A stretch of DNA of 37,692 bases, taken from IMG/VR virus record IMGVR_UViG_2541047799_000005; one strand, given 5' to 3'. The notes beneath the pieces were generated by a model. It had not been told where the DNA came from, ran no database searches, and saw only the letters and a program-made list of their open reading frames with translations. This document shows positions 24,473 to 32,921 of this stretch, one piece after another. Position 1 is the stretch's first letter. The number at the start of each line of letters is the position of its first letter. The translations under genes were made by a program, and so were the position numbers. The stretch comes from a virus (taxonomy: Duplodnaviria > Heunggongvirae > Uroviricota > Caudoviricetes).

Positions 24473-24557
24473 AAAAAATCGTAGGTGCATTTCTGCATCT
24501 GTGAATGGAGATGAGAGTTTGGATTGTGTGTGCGCATAAACGTCCCCGTTTAGCGCA
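24473..24557. repeat. Copy B of the ~85-bp imperfect direct repeat
   Basis: aaaaaatcgtaggtgcatttctgcatctgtgaatggagatgagagtttggattgtgtgtgcgcataaacgtccccgtttagcgca. Confidence 0.85.
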
Positions 24558-25866
24558 ACCCCACCACCGGGTGTTCAGGCCGACAGTAACTATATTATTC
24601 CCTACTGATTTTTGAAAATCAAAGGTCTTTATACGTCACACGAGAGCAAATATTTCCGAAGAAGAAACCTTTCACCTTGAAAGGATAAAGAGTTCATTTC
24701 ATAAATTGAAATATTCAATAAGAATATTGCAAAAAATGAAATTATTTACTAGCGAGTCTATCTAACTGATAATTATGAAGATTGTAAGCGGTAGCAATCA
24801 CCCGCATACACATTGAACAGGATTTAATACAAAACGTCTTAAATTGTCCGTAAGGAATAGCACGAATGACTCAAACTCCTCTATTACTTGCAATCATATT
24901 TTTATTGGTTGTTCTTGTTCTTTATATAGCTGCAATCAAACGCATCAAAAAAATACAATTAGAATTAAGTGATAGCAATCAAAAAAATGAAGAATACAAA
25001 TCTCGCTTTGCAGATTATTTTAATGTAGAAGAAGAATGTAAGAAGCTTATTGAGAAAACAGAGCAAGAATGCTCCATAATAAAAGAAGAATCCCTAAAAG
25101 TAAAAGAAAATGCCAATAATGAACTAACAAACACCATTGAAAAAATGGATGGTATCAATAAACAAATCCAAGAGCTAAGAAGAACTTATAAAGAGAAGAA
25201 AGAAATATATGATAAACTAGTAAGGCAAATTTCTATTTATTCAGAAGATGTTGAGCTAGCCGAACTAGGATTTTACGAACCTCATTTTAATTTTGAAGAT
25301 TCAGAGCAATTTAAAAACAAAATAAAATCCATCAGGGATGAACAGAAATTAATGCTGCGGGATAAAACCCACTCTGGCGCAGTATATTGTACAACCCAAT
25401 GGACTGTTGAAGGCTCTCGAGCAGAGGGTAAAAAAATGACAGACAGAAATATCAGGCTAACTACTAGAGCATTTAATAATGAATGTGATGCTGCAATTAG
25501 CAATTGCACGTGGAAAAACATCACTAAAATGGAAGAACGCATCACAAAGGCATTTGAGGCCATAAATAAACTAAACGAGCAAAATCACATATATATAAAC
25601 ACTAAATACCTCAATAAAAAACTTGAGGAATTGTGGCTTACCCATGAATATCGTGAGCAAAAACAGAAAGAAAAAGAAGAACAGGCAGAAATAAGGGCAC
25701 AAATGAGAGAGGAGGAGCGTGCACAACGAGAAATAGAAAAGGCCATGCAAGACGCAGAGGCAGAAGAGCGCCGTTATAAAAAAGCAATTGAAGCTGCAAG
25801 AAAGGAAATGGAAAAAGTTACTGGTGACATGAAGCAGCGCCTCGAAAATCGGGTAATGACTCCAAC

Positions 25867-26370
25867 TTACTGATAGTGTTTTATGTTCAGATAATGCCCG
25901 ATGACCTTGTCATGCAGCTCCACCGATTTTGAGAACGACAGTGACTTCCGTCCCAGCCTTGCCAGATGTTGTCTCAGATTCAGGTTATGCCGCTCAATTC
26001 GCTGAGTGTAACGCTTGCTGATTACGTGCAGCTTTCCCTTCAGGCGGGATTCATACAGCGGCCAGCCATCCGTCATCCATACCACGACCTCAAAGGCCGA
26101 CAGCAGGCTTAGAAGACGCTCCAGTGTGGCCAGAGTGCGTTCACCGAATACGTGCGCAACAACCGTCTTCCGGAGCCTGTCATACGCGTAAAACAGCCAG
26201 CGCTGGCGCGATTTAGCCCCGACGTATCCCCACTGTTCGTCCATTTCCGCGCAGACGATGACGTCACTGCCCGGCTGTATGCGCGAGGTTACCGACTGCG
26301 GCCTGAGTTTTTTAAATGGCGGAAAATCGTGTTGAGGCCAACGCCCATAATGCGGGCGGTTGCCCGGCAT
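25867..26370 (-). CDS. insB: IS1 InsB (made as an InsAB' frameshift fusion)
   Basis: 167-aa ORF ...[62 protein letters not shown]... matching recalled IS1 InsB. Confidence 0.95.
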   Translation of the reverse strand: MPGNRPHYGRWPQHDFPPFKKLRPQSVTSRIQPGSDVIVCAEMDEQWGYVGAKSRQRWLFYAYDRLRKTVVAHVFGERTLATLERLLSLLSAFEVVVWMTDGWPLYESRLKGKLHVISKRYTQRIERHNLNLRQHLARLGRKSLSFSKSVELHDKVIGHYLNIKHYQ

Positions 26371-26564
26371 CCAACGCCATTCATGGCCATATCAATGATT
26401 TTCTGGTGCGTACCGGGTTGAGAAGCGGTGTAAGTGAACTGCAGTTGCCATGTTTTACGGCAGTGAGAGCAGAGATAGCGCTGATGTCCGGCGGTGCTTT
26501 TGCCGTTACGCACCACCCCGTCAGTAGCTGAACAGGAGGGACAGCTGATAGAAACAGAAGCCAC
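26289..26564 (-). CDS. insA: IS1 InsA
   Basis: 91-aa [46 protein letters not shown]... (zinc-finger InsA). Confidence 0.95.
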   Translation of the reverse strand: MASVSISCPSCSATDGVVRNGKSTAGHQRYLCSHCRKTWQLQFTYTASQPGTHQKIIDMAMNGVGCRATARIMGVGLNTIFRHLKNSGRSR

Positions 26565-27392
26565 TGGAGCACCTCAAAAACACCATCATACACTAAATCA
26601 GTAAGTTGGCAGCATCACCGAAAATCGCATTGCCGAACTAGAACAGAGTTTGTCGCAGGCTGAATCAAAGCATCAAAGAGCATTATCCATGGCACAACAA
26701 ACCAAACAAGGTCATGTTTATATTATTTCGAACATAGGTTCTTTTGGGGAGAATGTTTATAAAATAGGCATGACACGACGTCTTGATCCGCAAGACCGTG
26801 TAAATGAGCTCGGTGATGCATCTGTTCCTTTTATTTTTGATGTACATGCCATGATTTATTCGGAGGACGCTCCATCATTAGAAAAAAAACTACATGATGT
26901 CTTCGATAAAAAGAGAGTCAATCTTGTAAATCGTAGAAAAGAGTTTTTCTATGTTACTCTGGATGAGATCAAAGAAGCTGTTAAAAAACACTCTGATTCA
27001 GAAATTGAATTTATTGAGACAGCAGTCGCAAAAGACTTTAATGAGTCATTGGCTATTCGTAATCATGAAAATAAAAAAAGTGACAACAGCAACTCATCAA
27101 TTATACCTGAGCGAAAAACCCCAGAGTTTGCAGATGCAATTTAATTAATTTGTAGTAGCAATAAAGCAGGCATCGTTGAGAATATTTTGTCAGCGATGCT
27201 TACTTCTCTAACAAAAACGGTGATTACCAACGAACTAACGGACTTCAGGTAATCATAAGACAAATGGAACGACTCTCCGGTGATTAGATCCCTGCAATAA
27301 CAGTAATTTTCTACTAACTGAAAAATCTTTAACTGCCGCTCCTATTTCTAAGCTGACTGCTAGATTACATGGTGTGTTACCGATGAAAACCG

Positions 27393-27695
27393 TCACAGCA
27401 AGTTTAAGTTCATATCTCCATACACTGCCAACACTCGTTTCATCGCGGCACTCTGGCGACACTCCTTGAAAATCAGATTCGTGCTCACCTTTCCTTCCCG
27501 TTCTTCCCTGGTAGCGAACCGGTAATACACCGTTCGCCAGACCTTACCATCAACGACCAAGATTCCTGCCCGTGCCATTTTAGCCGCAGCCTGATTTATA
27601 CTGGTTACTGTTGCGCCTGTTACCGCAGCAACGTCCTGCGCACAGAAGCTCTTATGCGTCCCCAGGTAATGAATAATTGCCTCTTTGCCCGTCAT
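27393..27695 (-). CDS. ren: Ren protein (lambda-like), C-terminus diverged
   Basis: 100-aa ORF MTGKEAIIHYLGTHKSFCAQDVAAVTGATVTSINQAAAKMARAGILVVDGKVWRTVYYRFATREEREGK... matching recalled lambda Ren except for the last few residues. Confidence 0.85.
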   Translation of the reverse strand: MTGKEAIIHYLGTHKSFCAQDVAAVTGATVTSINQAAAKMARAGILVVDGKVWRTVYYRFATREEREGKVSTNLIFKECRQSAAMKRVLAVYGDMNLNLL

Positions 27696-28393
27696 ACAGT
27701 TGCTCCTTTCAGTCCGAACTTCGCTTTGATTTCTGCGATCTTCGCCAGAGCCTGTGCACGATTTAGAGGTCTACCGCCCATGACAGGAAGTTGTTTTACT
27801 GGTTCAGGTATCGCCTCACCACGGTTAATTCGCGCGGTCATACAAGTCAGTTCATCGGCAGCCTTGCGCCGTAATTCCGCATCAGTAAGCGCATTGGCCC
27901 GCATGTTCTGATACAGGTTGGTAACCAGCCAGTAGTGCGCGTTTGATTTCCACGGATAAGACTCTGCATCCGGATACAGGCCACGCTTCCGGCAATACTC
28001 GTAAACCATATCAACCAGCTCGCTGGTGTTTGGTAGTCCGGCAATAACGGATGCTTCTTCCCGGCACCAGGCTACAAACTGTCCGGGGGATGGCAGGAAT
28101 GGTCGATTCTGCCGACGGGCTACGCGCATTCCTGCGTTAACCTGTTCCATCGTGGTGATCCCGTTTTCCCGGAAAGCCAGAACCCACTGGCGGCGGATTT
28201 CGTTCAGTTCGTTCTGCTCACGATTAGCCAGGCTCGCCGGGAAAGTTGCCAGTAACTGGCTGAACACACCGTTGATGATCTGCGCTACCTGCTGTACCTG
28301 TGGCTTTTCGTCATACTGTTCCGGCATGTTGTTGGCGATCCGACGCATCTGCTCACGGTCAAAGTTAACCATCTGTGCGGCGATGTTTTTCAT
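27692..28393 (-). CDS. P: Replication protein P (DnaB helicase loader)
   Basis: 233-aa ORF MKNIAAQMVNFDREQMRRIANNMPEQYDEKPQVQQVAQIING... matching recalled lambda P. Confidence 0.95.
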   Translation of the reverse strand: MKNIAAQMVNFDREQMRRIANNMPEQYDEKPQVQQVAQIINGVFSQLLATFPASLANREQNELNEIRRQWVLAFRENGITTMEQVNAGMRVARRQNRPFLPSPGQFVAWCREEASVIAGLPNTSELVDMVYEYCRKRGLYPDAESYPWKSNAHYWLVTNLYQNMRANALTDAELRRKAADELTCMTARINRGEAIPEPVKQLPVMGGRPLNRAQALAKIAEIKAKFGLKGATV

Positions 28394-29319
28394 AGATCCA
28401 CCCCGTAAATCCAGTCAGTGTTTGTCAGGTCGAGTTTTGGTTTGCCGACTGTCACGCCAGCCTGTTGCTTGTTCCGGTTGATTTCGAGCTGGGTCCACTT
28501 GTCGCGGAGTTTGGCCGGACTCAGCACGTTACCGGACCAGAAGTTGTCCTGGCAGGCCCAGCGGAACAGCACGCACATGTCGCGGTGGTTACGTCCGTCA
28601 CGTTCACGCATCAGGCGGATATCGTTAGCCCACCCAGCAAAATTCGGTTTTCTGGCTGATGGTGCGATAGTCTTCACCATGTCAAACATCCACTCTGCGG
28701 CGGTCAGGTCTTCTGCTGTCCCCCACTTGCTGCCGCTCTGAATTGCAGCATCCGGTTTCACCACAGGAAGATCGTTTTCTGGCTGGTCAGAGGATTCGCC
28801 AGAATTCTCGGACGAAAAAGGTTTTATATTGTCTTTTGTTAGTTTGTCTTTTGTGTTTACCTGATTCGGGTAAACGCCTTTACCTGATTTGGGTAAACTT
28901 TTCTTACCTGATTCAGGTAAATTTACCTCTTTCAGGTAAACTTTATTTTTCTTACCTGATTCGGGTAATGTTGACCATTCACTGACCACATTATTAATGC
29001 CGATATTCCGCCCGCTCTGAATAAGAATCCCACGCTTTACCAGAACGCTTTTTGCAGCAGAACACTTGTGCGGCAATATCCCGGTCAATTCGGAAAGTTG
29101 CTCGTTGCTCACCCAATCCAGTTTTTTATTAAAGCCATATGTTTTGCGCATGACAGCCAGGAAGACCAGAAGCTGGTGCTGTGTTAATCCGGCCAGCATC
29201 ACAGCTTCCAGCAACTCATTTGCAATGCGCGTATAACCATCATCGAGATCTGCCACGCGCGGCTCCTTTTGTGCCGCATCCGGCACTGGAAAATTGAATA
29301 TCTCAGCAGTGTTTGCCAT
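28390..29319 (-). CDS. O: Replication initiator O: divergent N-terminal iteron-binding domain, lambda-like C-terminal P-interaction domain
   Basis: Start set at MANTAEIFNF (ATG 29317-29319, GGAGG RBS); C-terminal ...KWGTAEDLTAAEWMFDMVKTIAPSARKPNFAGWANDIRLMRERDGRNHRDM... matches recalled lambda O; ori iterons lie inside the gene. Confidence 0.85.
   Translation of the reverse strand: MANTAEIFNFPVPDAAQKEPRVADLDDGYTRIANELLEAVMLAGLTQHQLLVFLAVMRKTYGFNKKLDWVSNEQLSELTGILPHKCSAAKSVLVKRGILIQSGRNIGINNVVSEWSTLPESGKKNKVYLKEVNLPESGKKSLPKSGKGVYPNQVNTKDKLTKDNIKPFSSENSGESSDQPENDLPVVKPDAAIQSGSKWGTAEDLTAAEWMFDMVKTIAPSARKPNFAGWANDIRLMRERDGRNHRDMCVLFRWACQDNFWSGNVLSPAKLRDKWTQLEINRNKQQAGVTVGKPKLDLTNTDWIYGVDL
28857..28970. 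repeat. ori: Replication origin iterons (five ~19-bp O-binding repeats) inside O, with an AT-rich stretch at 28815-28856
   Basis: tttacctgattcgggtaaac, tttacctgatttgggtaaac, cttacctgattcaggtaaat, ttacctctttcaggtaaac, cttacctgattcgggtaatg; each has inverted ends TTACC...GGTAA. Confidence 0.8.
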
Positions 29320-29405
29320 AATTCCTCCCGCAATGAGTGTGTTACGATTTGCACCTGAAAGTCGGTTCTGTTCCAGCAGACCGGCTTTCGCCATTTCTGA
29401 ACCTG

Positions 29406-29945
29406 TCATATCGCCCCCAGCATGGTAGTAACCATCGCCATCAATGGACCAGCCAGATCTGGGTCCACACGAAACATCGATACAATACCTTCACTAATTT
29501 CCTTCAGTTTCTGGTGGCGTGGTGCGTTGAGAATGACAGCCTGTTTTGCCTCACTGAGTTCCTTTTCCATTTCAGCCAACCTAGCCATGAAGCTATCCTG
29601 CTCAACCAGGTAACCGCGATATTCCAGCGGTAGTACCGCCAGAATTGCCGGGGTCAGTTCACGCACGTTATTTCGGTATTTTTCAGAATCGAATTTGTTA
29701 TCGAGGAAGCGGAACAGCTTCTGGCGTGCACGGCTGACATCATCAGGGAAATCGATGGTGCCGCCGCCCTGCTCCCGATACTCATTCACAATGAGTGTGG
29801 CAACGACATCCTGATTATCTACAGCCGACCAGGCGCGGACGGCATCACGGATTTTTTCGTGGCCTGGCACCTGTTTTGTTTGAGAACGATTTATCACCGC
29901 AGTCGGGCTAAATCCGCTAGTCTGTTGGTATGGAAGTGGTTGCAT
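29406..29945 (-). CDS. cII-position regulatory protein (possibly the 186-type / CP76 CII family)
   Basis: 179-aa ORF between cro and O on the early-right strand; family assignment is from position and recollection only. Confidence 0.35.
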   Translation of the reverse strand: MQPLPYQQTSGFSPTAVINRSQTKQVPGHEKIRDAVRAWSAVDNQDVVATLIVNEYREQGGGTIDFPDDVSRARQKLFRFLDNKFDSEKYRNNVRELTPAILAVLPLEYRGYLVEQDSFMARLAEMEKELSEAKQAVILNAPRHQKLKEISEGIVSMFRVDPDLAGPLMAMVTTMLGAI

Positions 29946-30014
29946 AATTGACTCCTTTAGTTTGAATTGACTGTTAAGTTGATTGCTTATTGTTAAAGAG
30001 CGTGAAATGGAAAT

Positions 30015-30245
30015 TTAAGCTGCGTTCTTTTCGGTGTGTGGAAACAACTTCGGAAGATCCGGGCGAATCTGGTATGCCTTCACTACTCCACCAGTAGCCG
30101 TAACAATGCTGCCGACATGTTCAGGGGATACCTTTGCTTTGTTGTGAAGCCACTTATAGACGGCCTGCTGTGAAACTTCGCAAGCAGCGCCCAGTTTCTT
30201 TTGTGAACCAACGATATTGATCGCTGTTTTGATAGCTGGGTTCAT
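30015..30245 (-). CDS. cro: Cro-like HTH repressor
   Basis: 76-aa ORF with HTH KLGAACEVSQQAVYKWLHN; GGAGG RBS; divergent from the cI-like gene across an operator region. Confidence 0.75.
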   Translation of the reverse strand: MNPAIKTAINIVGSQKKLGAACEVSQQAVYKWLHNKAKVSPEHVGSIVTATGGVVKAYQIRPDLPKLFPHTEKNAA

Positions 30246-30349
30246 AACAACCTCCGTGGTTAATTTGAATCAAGATTAAAACTATGGTTGTTTTTAGTCA
30301 ACAACCATTTTCGTTTGATGGAATAAAACCTTGGTTGTACATTTGGACT
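30246..30349. promoter_or_regulatory. OR region: pR (minus strand, -35 TTGACT, 17-nt spacer, -10 TAATCT) overlapping a 17-bp operator AAAACAACCATAGTTTT; further ACAACC/GGTTGT half-sites; presumed pRM
   Basis: Minus-strand reading ...ggttgTTGACTaaaaacaaccatagtttTAATCTtgattc... about 25 nt upstream of the cro ATG. Confidence 0.55.
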
Positions 30350-31039
30350 ATGAAAACAACACTCTCAGAAAGACTTAAAGAAGCCAGATTAGCGCGAGGC
30401 CTTACACAAAAGGCGCTTGGGGATTTGGTCGGGGTTAGCCAGGCTGCTATTCAGAAAATCGAAACAGGGAAAGCTAATCAAACAACTAAAATCGTGGAGA
30501 TCGCGAACGCTTTGGGTGTGCGCGCAGAATGGTTATCTTCTGGCGTTGGAAATATGTCAGACAGTACAGTGCAACCAATACAATCAACTGTCAGCCATTC
30601 CAAATACTTCAAGATTGACGTTCTTGATATAGAAGTCAGTGCTGGGCCGGGAGTCATCAACCGTGAGTTTGTAGAAGTTCTACGCTCGGTTGAGTACTCG
30701 TTTGACGATGCTCGTCACATGTTCGATGGTAGGAAGGCGGAAAATATCCGCATCATTAACGTGCGTGGTGACAGCATGTCAGGAACGATCGAACCAGGTG
30801 ATCTGCTGTTCGTTGATATCACAGTTAAATCTTTCGACGGTGATGGTATCTATGCGTTTCTGTACGACGACACAGCCCATGTAAAGCGCCTGCAAATGAT
30901 GAAGGATAAGCTGCTGGTCATCTCTGATAACAAAAGCTACTCACCGTGGGACCCGATCGAGAAAGACGAGATGAACCGGGTGTTCATCTTCGGTAAGGTT
31001 ATTGGGAGCATGCCGCAGACGTACAGGAAGCATGGTTAA
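30350..31039 (+). CDS. cI: CI-type prophage repressor (HTH_XRE plus S24 LexA-like autopeptidase domain)
   Basis: Start chosen at MKTTLSERLKEARLARGLTQKALGDLVGVSQAAIQKIETGK...; C-terminal ...GDSMSGTIEPGDLLFVD...HVKRL... is S24-like; no SD before this ATG, suggesting a leaderless start as for lambda cI. Confidence 0.8.
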   Translation: MKTTLSERLKEARLARGLTQKALGDLVGVSQAAIQKIETGKANQTTKIVEIANALGVRAEWLSSGVGNMSDSTVQPIQSTVSHSKYFKIDVLDIEVSAGPGVINREFVEVLRSVEYSFDDARHMFDGRKAENIRIINVRGDSMSGTIEPGDLLFVDITVKSFDGDGIYAFLYDDTAHVKRLQMMKDKLLVISDNKSYSPWDPIEKDEMNRVFIFGKVIGSMPQTYRKHG

Positions 31040-31120
31040 TAATTAGCCTGTAGCTTTTTAAGGCACACTCTTTTCAAGAATATTAAATAGAACACTATAT
31101 GGCATAAACAAGGACTTAGG

Positions 31121-31594
31121 ATGGAAAAGCCTAGCTTCCCACCTCTTCTTACAGCAGGATTTCATGATATGGATAGTGATGGCATCAAGTCTCTTTGTGT
31201 CGACACCTTCCCAAAATCCGTTAGAAGAAGTATGCTATACTGTAATTTTATACAGCTTATTGAGCAATTTAAACTTGTTAATCAGCAGTGTCTATGTTTC
31301 TCTGAAGTGTGGATCGATGGTTCATTCACTACAGAGAAACCTGAACCTGATGACATAGATATACTCGTGGTCGTCGATTATTTGGCCCTAAACTCTTTGC
31401 CAAACACGCTGATGCCATTGGTCAGCTCATTGTTAAATAGAGATTTTATTAAAGAAAACTACAGCATTGACGTTCTTTTGCTGCCTGAAAATCATCCAGA
31501 AATCGATTATAGTGAAAGGCGAAGTTACTGGAGAGGGTGGTTTGGTTTTGATCGGAAGGAGAATCCTAAAGGCCTCGTGAGGGTAATGTTATGA
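31121..31594 (+). CDS. Small protein with a minimal nucleotidyltransferase-fold signature; first gene of a two-gene cargo operon at the rexAB position
   Basis: 157-aa ORF containing WIDGSFTTEKPEPDDIDILVVVD (G67-S68, nine residues, then D-I-D-I), the Pol-beta-type NTase pattern; AGGA RBS; AT-rich; stop overlaps the next gene's start (ATGA). Confidence 0.5.
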   Translation: MEKPSFPPLLTAGFHDMDSDGIKSLCVDTFPKSVRRSMLYCNFIQLIEQFKLVNQQCLCFSEVWIDGSFTTEKPEPDDIDILVVVDYLALNSLPNTLMPLVSSLLNRDFIKENYSIDVLLLPENHPEIDYSERRSYWRGWFGFDRKENPKGLVRVML

Positions 31595-32523
31595 GCGAAG
31601 AAAAAACATTCAACTCCCTCAAGGAGCGAATTGCGTTCATTCAACGCGATGTGGATCTGCTTGCTCAAAATAAGGGGAGATCATTTGCTGATGACATTAT
31701 ATTTAGATCACTTGACTCCCATCTGAGCGATCTCCGAGAGAGACAACGTGCAATCGATAACCAACATCCTTTACGTGATTTCATGGAGTTGAGATTAAAA
31801 GGTGTTTTGGTCGATTTCGGGTCTATTCCGTTAGATATTCTATCTGTAATTTCAGGTAATCTCGCATCCCTTGTACAGAAAGCAGTTTACCGACTTGGAT
31901 CTGGGAAAGATTCTAGTCGTGTGCCGATTGATGTTAAAAAATCATTAGACATGAGATTGGCAGACTTGCGTCCAGGTTCGACGAAGTTAGGTGTTACTTT
32001 TTCTACTGGTTCTTGCGAGCTCATCGAAACAGTATCCAGTCATGCTGTTAAGGAGATTTTTGCACTACTCTCATCCATTGATGAAGAAACATTCACGGCT
32101 AAAATTGCCGAAATTGGTTCGCAATCAACAGCTAACCTAAAAAACATCATAAATGAGTGCGAAAAATATAGTCTTAACTTTGATCTTACTTGGATTGGAC
32201 CTTTAAGTGATGGTACCAGACAAGTGTCAATTTCTTCAGAAGATATAAAAAAACTGAATGCTCGCTTAGCTTTAACGAAGGTCATTCAGCTACCGGATGA
32301 GCATATATCAGGCGAACTTGCTATTTTATCCATGTACGGGAAATTGGAGATTGCAAGCGAGCTTGGAAAAATAAAGGCTTCTTATCCGATTGATATGTTA
32401 GGAGAAATTCAAAGTAAATATAAAGTTGGTGAACGAATATCGCTCGTAGTAAGCGTTTCTGAGATTCACAATGAAAGATTAGGAACATCACGACGTAACT
32501 ACATGGTTAAAAAAATCGAATAG
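31591..32523 (+). CDS. Hypothetical 310-aa soluble protein, translationally coupled partner of the NTase-like gene
   Basis: ATGA start/stop overlap at 31591-31594; no TM segment and no domain I can recognise by eye; AT-rich; followed by an intrinsic terminator. Confidence 0.5.
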   Translation: MSEEKTFNSLKERIAFIQRDVDLLAQNKGRSFADDIIFRSLDSHLSDLRERQRAIDNQHPLRDFMELRLKGVLVDFGSIPLDILSVISGNLASLVQKAVYRLGSGKDSSRVPIDVKKSLDMRLADLRPGSTKLGVTFSTGSCELIETVSSHAVKEIFALLSSIDEETFTAKIAEIGSQSTANLKNIINECEKYSLNFDLTWIGPLSDGTRQVSISSEDIKKLNARLALTKVIQLPDEHISGELAILSMYGKLEIASELGKIKASYPIDMLGEIQSKYKVGERISLVVSVSEIHNERLGTSRRNYMVKKIE

Positions 32524-32530
32524 TGATGCT

Positions 32531-32559
32531 ACCCGGCCACCGTGCCGGGTTTTCTTTTG
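32531..32559 (+). terminator. Intrinsic terminator ending the cI-cargo transcript (tIMM-like)
   Basis: ACCCGGC-CACCGT-GCCGGGT hairpin followed by TTTCTTTTG. Confidence 0.65.
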
Positions 32560-32639
32560 CCCTCCCCTCATCACACACACCGTTAAAAAAACCACCATAA
32601 CCTCGCTTCAGTTATCGCTATGCGATTCAAGTCACAAAA

Positions 32640-32730
32640 TAAATCCATCCTAAATACAACCAGTTATATCTAAAACAACCAATAAAACAACTTTTGTTGT
32701 TGACGATAAAACAACTATAGTTTTAAATAA
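32640..32730 (+). promoter_or_regulatory. OL region with candidate pL (-35 TTGACG 32700-32705, 17-nt spacer, -10 TTAAAT) overlapping operator AAAACAACTATAGTTTT; upstream palindrome ACAACTTTTGTTGT
   Basis: Near-identical to the pR/OR1 unit (TTGACG-ataaaacaactatagtt-TTAAAT versus TTGACT-aaaaacaaccatagttt-TAATCT). Confidence 0.55.
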
Positions 32731-32921
32731 GTTCATCGCAACAACACAACGATACGGCAACTACCTGATTCACCGTTGCGATGACCGCTTAGATCCGCAG
32801 CTTGAATTTCAGCAGGCTTCGGGGAGTGCGAGGGATGAAACGGACGCGTGAACGTCGGTGTGACCAGCTGAAATCAACTCAACATTTCATACCTTAGTCG
32901 CTTCAACGAGGCGGCTTAGTT

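Larger units (their letters stand above)
25852..26619 (-). mobile_element. IS1: Insertion sequence IS1, complete 768 bp, with flanking 8-9 bp target-site duplication
   Basis: Terminal inverted repeats GGTAATGACTCCAACTTACTGAT (25852-) and ...ATCAGTAAGTTGGCAGCATCACC (-26619); flanking repeat gaaaatcg at 25844-25851 and 26620-26627; insA and insB present. Confidence 0.95.
24866..27144 (+). pseudogene. IS1-interrupted gene for an approximately 500-aa membrane-anchored coiled-coil protein with a C-terminal T5orf172 (GIY-YIG-like) domain
   Basis: N-terminal fragment 24866-25851 (TM helix LLLAIIFLLVVLVLYIAAI, long Lys/Glu coiled coil) and C-terminal fragment 26628-27144 (GHVYIISNIGSFGENVYKIGMTRRLDPQDRVNELG...) are in one frame once IS1 and one target-duplication copy are removed (...LENR|IAELEQSLSQAE...). 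Confidence 0.8.

Noticed and set aside
24330-24539. 69-aa plus-strand ORF
   Set aside because: Overlaps repeat copy B, has no convincing ribosome-binding site, and its Thr/Ile-rich translation is not protein-like.
27253-27462. 69-aa minus-strand ORF
   Set aside because: Overlaps the 3' end of ren in another frame; ren is the supported gene.
28026-28741. Plus-strand ORFs 64-151 aa
   Set aside because: Antisense to the P and O replication genes.
28857-28970. Possible CRISPR-like array of short direct repeats
   Set aside because: Repeats are about 19 bp with 2-10 bp gaps, lie inside the O coding sequence and are followed by an AT-rich stretch: the layout of a lambdoid ori iteron set, not a CRISPR array. 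No cas genes are present.
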